Source of the DNA: Octopus vulgaris
Lineage: Eukaryota
DNA: 64,000 nt
Direction: 5' to 3'
NCBI GenBank assembly: GCA_951406725.2
Contig: OX597814.1
Coordinates: forward strand, 169,446,001-169,510,000
The first letter of the stretch is position 1. The number at the start of each line of letters is the position of its first letter. The notes beneath the pieces are model-generated. The model made no database searches, was not told the DNA's origin, and saw only the letters and a program-made list of their open reading frames with translations. Shown piece by piece: positions 1 through 11,850 of this stretch. A program made the translations under genes and the position numbers.

Positions 1-20
1 TAATAATGATAATAATAATA

Positions 21-58
<38 letters not shown>

Positions 59-61
59 AAT

Positions 62-140
62 TAGGGATGTTATCTTAGTTCACAGGTAGTGAACAGCTGA
101 CACCATAGTATATCTTCAGCATTAGAAGCTGTGCAAAGAC

Positions 141-172
<32 letters not shown>
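62..172 (+). mobile_element. 3' tail of Dong/R4-like LINE ending in (AAT)n
   Basis: Matches the reverse complement of the 3' UTR at 32224-32303 (ttagttcac.ggtagtgaacagct.acac...agaagctgtgcaaag.caat) and runs into an AAT array. Confidence 0.7.
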
Positions 173-173
<1 letters not shown>

Positions 174-680
174 CCTTTCTACTAAAGGTACAAAATCTGA
201 AATTTTGGGAGAGGGGACTAGTCAATTACATCAACCCCAGTGTTTACTGGTACTTAATTTATCGACCCTGAAAGTATGAAAGGTAAAGTCTTCTTCTATC
301 ATACTCTCAATTTTGGTCAACTTATGCCGCAGGGTCTCAGAGGAGATAGTGTTAGTTAAAGACTACCAAACCTGCCATACACAGACAACTTCAGCTTTAT
401 ATATAGAGAGATTAGTTAAGCTCACATTTTTGCTCCATATTCTGTCTCAAAGAGGACACATCTGGTGTCACATTCCTCTTCTTCCTCTGAAGGATATTCT
501 ACTTAATATCATCTGGCTACATATAGCGTGATATACCCACCCTTTCCAAAGAAGAATATTTTACTTACAATTATCTGCCAGGATAGTCTCCAAATCTTTG
601 CTTAGAAGGCAATGTTTAGGGCAAGACAAAAGTAAGCCACTTTTTCCACTTTATAACTGAGTGCAAAAGAATAGCTTTAG

Positions 681-1090
681 TTTACTCTTTTACTCTTTTA
701 CTTGTTTCAGTCATTTGACTGCGGCCATGATGGAGCACCACCTTTAGTTGAGCAAATCAACCCCGGGACTTATTCTTTGTAAGCCCAGTACTTATTCTAT
801 CATTCTCTCTTGCCGAACCGCTAAGTGACGGGGACATAAACACACCAGCATCGGTTGTCAAGCAATACTAGGGGGACAAACACACACACACAAACACACA
901 CACACATACACACATATATACATATATACGACAGGCTTCTTTCAGTTTCTGTCTACCAAATCCACTTACAAGGCATTGGTCGACCCGAGGCTATAGCAGA
1001 AGACACTTGCCCAAATGCCATGCAGTGGGACTGAACCCGGAACCATGTGGCTGGTAAGCAAGCTACTTACCACACAGCCACTCCTGTGCC
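681..1090 (-). mobile_element. tRNA-derived SINE family A, full-length
   Basis: Head ggcacaggagtggctgtgtggtaag..ccgggttcagtccc (A/B-box-like), internal (TA)/(TG) tract, tail (gtaaaaga)n; more than 15 copies in the window. Confidence 0.85.
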
Positions 1091-1944
1091 TACAGTTTAG
1101 GAGCAAAAGGTTAACAAACTTTCATTCTTTCAGCAAAATGTTTCATGTAGAGAATTTTTTTTTTTTGAAAGAATATTTGCAAAAGGCAAACATTCATTTT
1201 TCATCATTCCTGTTTACATCCTAAATAATATTTGCAAACATACTGTTGTTGTTTAGATTTCTACTCAGTGTAGTTAAAACATCTATGTTTTCTTTTAGTT
1301 CATGTTTACCTTTAATATTCTGAGTTGTAATTAAAAGAGTAATCTATTTTTTGTTTATTTTTCTGTGTGAAATGTATTAATTTGTACATTTTTCAATTTT
1401 TTTTTTAGGTGTGGCATCCTTCTAGATATGGTCATTTTTTTCATCAATGATTTGAAAGGAAAATTACACTTTGTCTATAAGTAAAATGCAAACCTTATTT
1501 TATCTTTTGTCTCACCTCTGCAAGAGGAGATAACTAACTATAGGAAGCTAATTGTATGGGGTCATTTTTGATGAAATTTTTAGTGTATCAAGTAAAATCT
1601 TTTTCTTAACGAGTGAGTTGCAAACAAACATCTATTTCACCCACAGTGAATAACAACAACAATGACAACAGCAACAATAATTGTTTCTAATTTTAATTAT
1701 TTTCAGTTTTATAATTGTTTTTAGGACATCGAAGGAATCTCAAAGTAAGTAATTTGAGCTGCTAGAAATATCAACCATCTCTTCTTAAATCACACCATAC
1801 AGGTTTCAAAAGAAAAGAGGAAGGAGATACCAGATAATGTAATCTGTGATGAACTATTCATAAAAAAGATGGAATGGCCACAGCTGGATTGTCTGCTGAG
1901 TTAGACTTCACCTGGGGCTAAGCAACAGCAGTAATAATAGACAA

Positions 1945-2162
1945 AGCTGGCAAGCTGGCAGAAACATTAGCATGCCGGGTGAAATGATTAGCGGTATTTC
2001 GTCAGCCGTTACGTTCTGAGTTCAAATTCCACCGAGGTCGACTTTGCCTTTCATCCTTTCGGGGTCGATAAATTAAGTACCAGTTACACACTGGAGTCGA
2101 TGTAATCGACTTAATCCCTTTGTCTATCCTTGTTTGTCCCTTCTATGTTTAGCCCCTTGTGA
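1945..2162 (+). mobile_element. SINE family B (MetaSINE-like)
   Basis: gagttcaaattcc B-box followed by gcctttcatcctttcggggtcgataaattaagtacc, resembling the Meta domain; many copies (175-290, 13375-13970, 28683-28890, 33078-33270, 45265-45480, 49775-49985). Confidence 0.75.
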
Positions 2163-2404
2163 GCCTCAAATTTGGGAAAGTAGAACAATATGAAGTGTTT
2201 TGCTCCACAACACATTGCCCAGTCCAAGAATTGAAACTGTGATTTTATAATCACAGATGAAACACTCTAACCAATAGGCTACATGCCTTCACTCTCAGCT
2301 AGGTAGTGATATTGGTAAATATGAACCAACAGAATATGTGAATCACACCTCATTGCTTGGCTGACAACCAGTGTTGTGTCATAGGTTAGCTCCATGATAG
2401 CATC

Positions 2405-2795
2405 CTTCATCATCATTGCTCGACCGTAGTCGAGACAATGGAATCTACTATGTTAAGCCAGACTTCACGGTCCATCATAGCATTATGGAGGTCCTGTTGC
2501 TGGATGCCTGTATCCCTGGAGATTACATCAGGGTAGGAGAGTGTGCACCGTCTGGTATCGCAAGTAGAAGGCTTCCAGAGGAGAAGAGTAGAAATTGCCT
2601 CGTTTTCAGATCTACAACAATGTCCAGCAAACTGGACTCTCCTACCTTTCACAAGAGATGATACAGGGGTTAGTTTCCCATATATTTGTATTTTGGTTGG
2701 ATGACGCTTCCACGAGAGATTTTGAGCTCTCATAAGGAGGCAAGTGTAAGTTCCATCCAACTGCCTTTCAAGCTTCTTTGATAACATCCTTAGAA
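2405..2795 (-). mobile_element. 5'-truncated RTE-clade LINE (ORF C-terminus)
   Basis: ORF 2413-2814: LDGTYT.LLMRAQNLSWK.H..RRVQFAGHC.R..LLWKP..AMMDREVW, a typical RTE C-terminus; followed by a (TGA)n-like tail. Confidence 0.8.
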
Positions 2796-5098
2796 GTATA
2801 CTAAACAACAGCAACCCTGAAAGGAGAAAAGGTTATGTCAGCTTTAGTGAGATTTGGAATCAGGGCATGTTAAGAACTGAATACCACAAGTTATTTTGCT
2901 CAATTTCTTTACTGATTCTGCTACTTACCACGTTCAGCTATTGCTACAGCAGTGGCTTAAAATATAGATTTCTAACGTGAATATCTGCATCATCATAATC
3001 GTTTTAGTGTCCACTTTTACATGCTTGCATGGATCAGATGGGGTTTATTGTGGCAGATTTTCTATGACGAGATGCCCTTTCTCTCACCAACCTCTGCCTG
3101 TTTCCAAGTAGTATGCAAATAAATCCCTGTAGCCATGCATGTTTTTGCAGAATATTGGAAATGAATGACATTCATTTATAACAATCATACAATGGCAAGA
3201 CAAGGATACACAAATATATGCTCATTCACACTCAAGCACTCCCCCCACACACACACACACACGATGGACCTCTTTCAGTTTTCATCAATAAAATCCACTC
3301 AAAATGCTTTGATTAGCTCAGGGTTATAATACAAGACACTTACTCAAAGTCTCAGGCAGTGGAATTGAACCTAAAGCCATGTGTTTGGAAAGCAAACTTC
3401 TTAATCATGCAGTCAAGTCTGCACATATGGGACCACAAATTTTGGGGTATTTTTTTATATACCATGGCCTATTCCCCATTTTTTTAGGAGGGAGTAGCCA
3501 CAAGACACACACCAGGCATTTCATTCATTTCCCAGCTCAAAGAGGCACACCCCGTTCTATGTTTGGGTCAAGGCATAGAACGCAACCCTCAATATCAGCA
3601 GTGAAACCTGACAGTATATGCTGGTTTACCCCCACCACATTATGCTGATTCTGTACCCCTTTGAGCGACATCAAATTCACTCATCTGTCCACAAACACTC
3701 TCCAAGCTTTCCTATCATTTATAAACTCTCTTCCCTCTCTCACTCCAAAATCTCTAACCACCAAAGCTTTCCTCACTCCATCCATCCACACAAAGTTTTG
3801 GGTATAGCTGAACAAATCAAACCCTGTACTTGATTGATAACTTCATTAGTCCCCTTGGAAAGATAAAAGGCTGAGATGGCATTGATGGGATTCAAAATCA
3901 GAATGTACCTACCATATTTGGTAAGTAGATTTTGAAGGTGTAATATGCACGTTTTTACCAAAACAAGTCTCAAAAAAACTCCCTGGGTCCTATATGTATG
4001 TTAAGTTGGGCTTTTCTTAAACTTTAATGCACTAAGATCATTTATTTCTTCTGAAAATGTGCTGCTGAAATTGAGGTGCCTCTAATTTTGCTCATGCTTC
4101 TTTTATGCCATCAAATACGATAATGATCACATGGAATTTTATTTGAATCTCTAATAGTTCTACTAATCTGCCACCTTTGCCTTGCAGCTATATTTAAAAA
4201 ATTATGGATTGTTGAATTTTTTTCTGATAAAAAAAAAAATAATAACTACATTATGGAGATATTGAAAAGTGAAAAGAAAAAATATATGAATTATCTGGCT
4301 GAAATATTTTGTTTTCTTTTGAAAATAAACAAACCAAAATATTCATTGTTAGGTTTAACACAGATTACACTTCAATGAAATCATGAATCTTTAGTGATTC
4401 TTAATAGAAGAATTTGCTTTTCTTTTGTTTTTTGGTGCTTCTTCAATTTCACTAATAAGTGATAATAAAACTATATTATCTGCAAGATGTTATGGTAGTA
4501 CAGATAATAGAGGAGCGTTCTCAGGCCAAAATAAATTGCTATGTCTGGTTATAACATTTCTAGTGTTTTCACAGAAGTGATTGGTCCTTGCTGGAAGATG
4601 GCCAAGTTAAGTGAAGTCATAACTGCAAATTTAATGCTTAGTTTGGTAAAACAGTTGAACCTGGTAATCATAGACTTGAAACTGGAATAAAATAATTTGA
4701 TGGAATCTTTGCAAAACCTTTTGCAGTCTTCCAACAAATACATTTGTGCCAAAAAGAAAAGACGTAAAACACACGTGCACATACATGAAACAGAACAGTA
4801 TCACCCCTAAATTATCAGCGTTGCTGTCATCATCATTATTATCATCATCATCAATGTCATCATCGTTTTTGTCGTTGTCATCGACATCATTGTTGTTGTT
4901 GTCATCATCATCAACATCATCATCATCATCATCATCATCGTCATCGTTGTCATCATCATCATCATCACCACCACCAAGGGGACAATAACACACACATACA
5001 CAAATACACATACACATATACACACATATATACATATATACATGTGTATCAGAAATTAGACTGACAAAGAAATTAAAAAAATTTGTTATGAACTGCAT

Positions 5099-5163
5099 TA
5101 GCTTACAGCTGTTTCTGCCATAAGATGACTACTTGAGTCTCACCCTACAGCTTCATCAGAGCT
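5099..5163 (-). ncRNA. Minimal type I hammerhead-like motif (CUGAUGA; stem III ACAGCUGU; GUA site)
   Basis: Minus strand agct-CTGATGA-a-gctgtag...ttatggc-a-GAAA-cagctg-TA-agct; stem II is G-U rich. Confidence 0.6.
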
Positions 5164-5244
5164 TCAAACATGAAGTGCAATTTTATATGGGAAAACATAT
5201 TCACATATATACACAGAAAAACATTACTTATCGCTGTGTGTATA

Positions 5245-5636
5245 GGCGTAGGTATGGCTGTGTGGTAAGTAGCTTGCTTACCAACCACATGGTTCTGGAT
5301 TCAGTCCCACTGCATAGCACCTTGGGCAAGTGTCTTCTACTATAGCCTCGGGCCAACCAAAGCCTTGTGAGTGGATTTGGTAGACGGAAACTGAAAAAAG
5401 CCTGTTGTATATATATATATATGTATGTGCGTTTGTTTGTGTGTCTGTGTTTGTCCCCCCAACATCACTTGACAACCAATGCTGGATTGTTTATGTCCCC
5501 ATAACCTAGTGGTTCGGCAAAGGGGCCGATAGAATAAGTACTAGGCTTACAAAGAATAATTCCTGGGATCGATTTGCTCGACTAAAGGCAGTGCTCCAGC
5601 ATGGCCACAGTCAGATGACTGAAACAAGTAAAAGAG
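5245..5636 (+). mobile_element. SINE family A, full-length
   Basis: Same head, body and tail as 681-1090. Confidence 0.85.
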
Positions 5637-5656
5637 TATACTTTTCTGTGTGTACA

Positions 5657-6169
5657 TCTATATATATAAAACTGTAGTTGTGTGAGTGTCTGTCCCCTTC
5701 GATTTAGATTCCTAACTACTCCCACATTTTGCGGTGCAGTTTAATCAAATTCGGGTATCTTATAGTCGTGATTCATATCGAGCCCGTCTGAGTATTAGAA
5801 CACGTCTATGATGAGTCTACGATTTTAAAAATAATTTAACATTATTTTTTATTCCATTTTAATGCATAATTTTTCGTGTGTCGATGGCGGCGGAGTTGGC
5901 GTCCATGGTCACACCTGCACCTGTTTGCTTCTCCCCTTTCTTCCCTCCCTCGTGAAGCTGTGGGGAAGGGAGTGTAAGGAAATCAACGTCGTAAAGCGTT
6001 GTCAAGGAGACCAGCGTTCTTTTAGAACAACGACTTCATGGCTTGAAGACACCAAAACAGAAATGGCTAAGAAAGCCTGAATTGGCATCTATAAGGGAAG
6101 TAACTCTCTAAAAATGCTTATATAGTTATTTCTCTTACAAACCCGAGCAACGCCGGGCGATACTGCTAG
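5657..6169 (+). mobile_element. Non-autonomous Helitron
   Basis: A|TC 5' end, subterminal hairpin cccg-agcaacgc-cggg, CTAG|T 3' end, no TSD; second copy at 13988-14387. Confidence 0.85.
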
Positions 6170-6221
6170 TATGTAAATAAATGTAAATGTTTTCCCAAGT
6201 AAAATAGCACTTCATATTTGA

Positions 6222-6302
6222 AGCTCTGATGAAGCTGTAGTGTGATACTCAAGCATGCAACTGTAACTGTGTTGCATCTTATAACAGAAACAGCTGCAAG
6301 CT
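6222..6302 (+). ncRNA. Hammerhead-like motif, probably inactive (GCA at cleavage triplet)
   Basis: agct-CTGATGA-agctgtag...ttataaca-GAAA-cagctg-CA-agct; inverted homologue of 5099-5163. Confidence 0.5.
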
Positions 6303-6496
6303 AATGTAGTTCATTATATAATCGTCTATTCCTTTGTCATTCTAATTTCTTATCCCTACTTTGTACTCAACTGTCGCCTCATTTGAAGCATACATATATT
6401 GAGTCCTAACACGAGGTTATTATTATTGCTGTACCTAATCAAAATGTTAAAGTACATGTACATATATACATATATATATATATACCAGCTTAGCAA

Positions 6497-8700
6497 TGGA
6501 GGGACCAGCTATTTGAATTGACAGTACCATGGCAGATAAAGCAATTAAGGTATGAAAACAGGGAAAGCCCCCAGCCCATCAGGAATTACTGCTGAGATGC
6601 TTAAAACATCTGGTGGTGTAGGCTATAGTCTAGTCACCTGTATAGTCAACCAGGTGATACATGAAGGAGTCATACCCAATGAATGGTGTAGCAGCACCAT
6701 AGACAACTACTACAATGGTAAAGGTGGTGAATTAGATAAGAATAATTACAGAGGTATCAAATTGTTGAATCAGGTAATAAAATCATAGCCCAACTAATTA
6801 GGGAGAGAGTCAGTTTAGATGAAATGCAGTTTGAGTTTGTGCCAGGGAGAAGCACAACTGATGCTATATTTCTGATAAGACAGCTGCAGGAGAAATTCCT
6901 AGCCAAAGATAAACCTTTGTGCTTAGCTTCATTGACGTGGAGAAAGCCTTTAACAGACTCTGCTGATCCCTTATCTGGTGGTTAATGCAGAAACTAGGGA
7001 CAGATAAGTGTTGGTGAGAGCTGTACAATCCATGTACAGGGATGCTGTCAGTAGGGTGAGGATTGGCAATGAGTATAGTGAAGAATTCCGGGTAGAAGTA
7101 AGGGCTCACCAAAGATCAGACCTCATCCCCCTCTTATTCATTATAGTCCTCCAAGCAATAACAGGAATTCAAGACAGGCTCCCTGGGAGTTTGTCTATGC
7201 TGATGACCTTGCTCTAATAGCAGAGTCACTACCAGAACTAGAGAAAATGGTTGAGGTGCAGAAGCAAAGCCTAGAATCAAAGGGCCTTAGAGTCAATGTA
7301 GTAAAAACTAAAGTCTTAGTAAGTAGGAAGGTAGACAAATCATAAATCCCTTCAGGTAAATGGCCCTGCTCGATCTTTAGAAAAGGTAAAGATAAAACTC
7401 TATAAGATTTACCTGATGTAAGCTATGGACACATAAGAGATGCAGCAATATCAAAGGAAGGAAAACTGGGAAGATAGTTTTTATGTGTGACAGATGCACA
7501 GGACAATAATCACTGAAGATGTCAGGAAAGATTCCATCACATGCCAGGAGAAAAAACTAGAAGTAGTTGGTAGCTTCTGTTACCTAGGTGACCAAGTCAA
7601 CAGTGGGGGGTTGATGCACTGAGAGCATAGTTGCTAGAATTAAAAATAACCTGGGAAAAGTTCAGAGAGTTTTTACCTCTGCTGGTAACAAAGGGCCTCT
7701 TGCTCAGAGTGAAAGGCAGACTGTATGATGCTTGTGTGTGAACAGCCATGCTACATGATAGTGAAACATAGGTTGTGACTGCTGAGGATATGCATAGGTT
7801 TGAAAGTAATGAAGCTAGTATGCTCCGCTGGATGTGTATTGTCAGTGTGCATACACAACAGAATATAAGCACCCTGAGAGAAAAGTTGGACATAAGAAGC
7901 ATCAGATATGGTGTGCAAGAGTGATTGCTGCACTGGTATGGTCATGTGCTGTGTATGGATGAGGACAGTTATGTGAAGAAGTGTCACACCCTAGCAGTAG
8001 AGGGAACCTATAGAAGAGGTAGACCCAGGAAGACATGGGATGAGGTGGTAAAGCACGACTTTTGAATGTTGGGCCTCACAGAGGCAATGACAAGCAGCCA
8101 AAACCTTTGGAGATATGCTGAGCTTGAGAAGACTTGGCAAGCCAAGTGAGATCATAGCTGTGGCCAATGCCAATGTTGCATAACTGGCCTGTTGTTGAAC
8201 AATATGCTGTGCTTGAGAAGACTTGTTGAGTCAAATGAAATCATAGTCATGGCCGATGCCAATGCCACCTGACTGGCACTCATGCTGGTGGCACATAAAA
8301 AGCACCATTCAAGCATGGCCAGTGCCAGTGCTACCTGACTGGCTCCTGCGCAGGTGGCACATAAGAAACACCATTTGAGCATGGTTGATGTCAGTGCCAC
8401 CTGACTGGCTCCCATGCTGATGGCCCGTAAAAAGCACCATTTAAGCATAGCCGATCTCAGTGTCACATGACTGGCACATAAAAAGCACCATTGGAATGTG
8501 GTCGATATCAGTGCCACCTGATTGACTCCTGTGCCTGTGGCATATAAAAAATACCCACTACACTCTCGGAGTGGTTGGCATTAGGAAGGGCACCCAACTA
8601 GAAACCTTGCCAGATGTGATTGGAGCCTGGTGCAGTCTCCTGGCTTGCCAGTCCTCAGTCAAACCATCCAATTCATGCAAGCATGGAAAGCGGATGTTGA
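6497..8700 (+). mobile_element. Degenerate RTE-clade LINE: RT domain to 3' end
   Basis: MKTGKAP.PSGITAEMLK, NYRGIKLL, YADD (tatgctgatgac, 7196-7207), W.GHV and RGRPRKTW motifs with many stops and frameshifts; 3' UTR with ~60-bp repeats and the terminal catggaaagcgga.gtt end. Confidence 0.9.
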
Positions 8701-8716
8701 TATATATATATATATT

Positions 8717-9164
8717 ATAAATTTGTAAACAAACCTGAAGGCTGTAAATTACAGGGAAGAGTGACAATATAGATCTTTTTATAGTAACTGCAATAACTGC
8801 AATTATATATTATTTATGCTAATAATATATGCTCCATTTGGAACAACTAAATCTAAAGAATTTGCTGAAAAAAGACTGGGAATTGAACATGGCATCAGTG
8901 CTTACACGGCTCCGTATGCACCCAATTCAGCCACATAGCCAACCCATCAATTTCAGCTAATTTTAATCTATAGATAATTTTAGTCTAGTATATATATTTT
9001 ATAAATTCATAAACAAACCTGAAAGCTGTAAATTATGGAGAATAGCCACCATATAGGTCTTTGTATAATAATTGCAATTATATATTTTACTAACGATATC
9101 TGCTCCATTTAGAGTGACTAAACCTGAACAATTTTTTCAGCCAATTGTTTAGGTTAGTCGCTCT
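8717..9164. repeat. 284-bp-period partial tandem with terminal inversion, next to (TA)n; contains a tRNA-like segment on the minus strand
   Basis: ataaatt..taaacaaacctgaa.gctgtaaatt at 8717 and 9001; inverted arms 9111-9133 and 9143-9164; A/B-box-like gtggctgaattgg...gttcaattcc at 8874-8940 (-). Confidence 0.6.
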
Positions 9165-10035
9165 ATATAGAACATATATTATTAGTATAAACCTTACTGT
9201 AATGGTTGTTATGTCCGTCTGTCTGTTTGTGTGTCTGTTCCTTCTTCATGGCCAAATGGCTGGACAAGTGACCACGATGTTTTTCAGGATTATGAAGGAG
9301 GTAATCAGGAAGGCTTTTAGTGAAAAAAATGTGAAAAAGTACGATTATTTAGTGGATGTTGAGTTTTGTATTAATAAATCACCTTTGATTTTTTTTGTGT
9401 GTTAAAATTCCAGCAACGAGGATTAACTCTGGATTCCACTCCACCTCCTGTATCGATTGTGAATTTAGAGGGTTTAGATTTGTGATACTATCCCTTTATT
9501 TACCATCATAGATGGGCAGATTTGCTATCTTACTATAATGGGCATTATGTCCATCTGTCTGTCTGTTTCCTTGTCTGTTCCATCTTCATGGCCAGATGGC
9601 TGGACCTATGGTTATGATATTTTTCAGGATTACAAAGACAGTTGTCAGGAAGGTTTTTAGCATCAAAAAATCAGAAAGTATGATTATTTCATGGATATTG
9701 ATTTTGAATTGATAAACCACTTTCACATTTTTATTAAATGTGAAAACCAAGAGTTAATCATAGTTTACTCATGATTTTCATTGTCTAGTTTGTGGCCCTA
9801 TCATGAGAACGGCCAATGAGAATGGGGTCATGAGAACGGTTAATATTGAAAATAAAATGGAAAGTGTGTGCTAGTATATAGTGTGTGCGATTTTTAGTGG
9901 TTATTGAAGTGGCTGTTGTTTACATCTCAGTTTTGTCAATCAAAATAACCAATGATACAAGAACATCCAGACATTTGCATAGAACAGTGAGAGGTAAATC
10001 TTAGTTTGATTTTTTGCAACCCTAAAAATTCCACT

Positions 10036-10215
10036 CACGCATTCACAGCAAACAAGGCACAGAGCCAGACTTTAGATTGTGTAGGCGTACATTTACTCAC
10101 TTCGATGTTTACGCACGGCCAGTTATATGTCATTATGAGTAGAGCAACAGACTCCAGTAATTTGAAAATTAGAGTCGACCAAGCAGAAAATATCGTCTAC
10201 AAAGAAGTTTTGTAA
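10036..10215 (+). pseudogene. Helitron PIF1-type helicase C-terminal fragment
   Basis: HAFTANKAQSQTLDCVGVHL...FTHGQLYVIMSR..NIVYKEVL matches the Helitron consensus FAMTINKSQGQTL..VFSHGQLYVALSR..NIVYKEVL. Confidence 0.85.
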
Positions 10216-10343
10216 TCATATTGATATTAACGAAAGGAATATGATTCATAATTTAAATAAGGAAATTTGGGAACTTTGAATGTATAAGAGTATAAACAAG
10301 TGTAAAATAGTGTAGACAACTAAAATAAAAGTATATCTAAATA

Positions 10344-10669
10344 ACGGAGATGTACTTGCAGAGCAAGTGACCTGATCTGGGATCGTATGCTGAATCAAAA
10401 ACAATTGTAGCATGGAAGGTGTTTATAAGCCATTTAAAAAACACACAAAAACCGTTAGATTCACTTCAACATTTAAATTTAATTTGTCAAAATATTTTCA
10501 TCACTTTGTTGCCACGACCTGTTCACTCACAGAATTTTGTCAGTGAACAGGTTGCAGTCTCAAAGCAACGAAAATATTTTGACAAATTAAATTTGAATGT
10601 TGAAGTGAATCTAACAGTTTTTGTGTGTCTTTTAAATGGCTTTATAACACCTTCCACGCTGCAATTGTT
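10344..10669. mobile_element. Head-to-head inverted small retroelement with 10-bp TSD, inserted in the Helitron
   Basis: Long imperfect palindrome centred near 10533; tatctaaata at 10334-10343 and 10670-10679; same family at 61286-61850. Confidence 0.75.
10536..10586 (+). ncRNA. Hammerhead-like motif with G3-C8 core (GUGAACA)
   Basis: tttgtca-GTGAACA-g-gttgc-agtctcaaa-gcaac-GAAA-atat-TT-tgacaaa: 7-bp stem I, 5-bp stem II, palindromic AAUAUU stem III; decayed copy on the minus strand at 10483-10531. Confidence 0.6.
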
Positions 10670-11013
10670 TATCTAAATAGCATTTTTTCTTAATACCTTT
10701 TATGTAGTGGTCAAAGGAAGGTCTGGCTTTCGTTAGGAGTGGTCCACATAACCATTCATGATACAGAGGCTGAGAGCTTATTTCAGTTTTGGGAGTGAAT
10801 CTTCATTACATGTCACTTAGTCGCAAACACATGTCATATAGCTGCAATAGAATGCTGTATCAACAACAATAATGTGATTTCTCTAAGACATCACTCAGTA
10901 ATCTATCAAACCCCATTTACACATTTCTCAATACATACTGCTGTTATGACTTCCCTTCCTCATTTTATACCTCCCTTGTAGATGGGTAGATTTACTAGTA
11001 ATTTATAATTACA

Positions 11014-11055
<42 letters not shown>

Positions 11056-11219
11056 AGTTCATCAAACAATTTAGATTCAAATGAATATGGTACTTAATTT
11101 AGATGCACCAGAATTTTTTTATGGTGTTACCCATAAAAATATGCGGGGTGATTATAATCAAAAATAAGCAACAAGAATGAATCCGGCAATTTAGATTCAT
11201 TCTTGTTGCTTATTTTTGA

Positions 11220-11259
<40 letters not shown>

Positions 11260-11297
11260 CCTTTGCAGCAGCACACCTGTTTCTGTCTTCATTCCTG

Positions 11298-11356
<59 letters not shown>

Positions 11357-11529
11357 TCTCTGTCTCTCTCTCCAGCCTGGCAACCTTATATATCCTCTAC
11401 AGCAAGACACCTGTTTCTGTCTCTCTGTCTCACTATATAACCTTTCATCATCCGACACAAGATCCCCTCCTCCAATGCCTCCTCCCCTCTCAAAAGAATT
11501 TTCTTTTTTGTCTTGCAAGTACTTGGTGA

Positions 11530-11838
11530 CCCTGTTAGAGCAGGTGCCACTTAAAAGCACCCAGTCCACTCTTTAAAGTGGTTGGCATTTGGAAGGGCAT
11601 CCAGCTGTAAAAAAAACCTTGCCAAATTGACCTCGCCTATGCTTGTGCCACATAAAAAGCACTAAGTCCACTCTGCCAAGTGGTTGGTATTAGGAAGGAC
11701 ATTCAGCTGTAAAAATCCTGCCAACACAGTTACAGAAGTCTGGTGCAGGCTTCTGCCTGGCCGACTCTTGTCAAACCATCCTACCAATGCCAGCACGAAA
11801 GGCAGATGTTAAACGATGATGATGACGATTATGATGAT
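11530..11838 (+). mobile_element. RTE 3' tail (5'-truncated)
   Basis: gtggttggc.tt.ggaagggcatccagctgta...gttaaacgatgatgatg, same end as the LINE at 6497-8700. Confidence 0.75.
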
Positions 11839-11850
11839 ATATATATATAT

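Larger units (their letters stand above)
9190..10998 (+). mobile_element. Tandem Helitron derivatives; the second (9528-10998) carries a helicase remnant
   Basis: 5' region repeated at 9190 and 9528 (A|TC), shared 3' end tagatggg.agattt.cta(g); ends CTAG|T at 10998. Confidence 0.7.

Noticed and set aside
1409-1483. Strong polypyrimidine acceptor followed by a short frame
   Set aside because: All frames stop within 25 codons and I see no recognisable homology; cannot be supported without RNA data
7195-7210. CTGATGA matches at 7200, 13704, 28440, 45333 and 45918
   Set aside because: YADD codons, SINE or microsatellite sequence without stem II, GAAA or stem I
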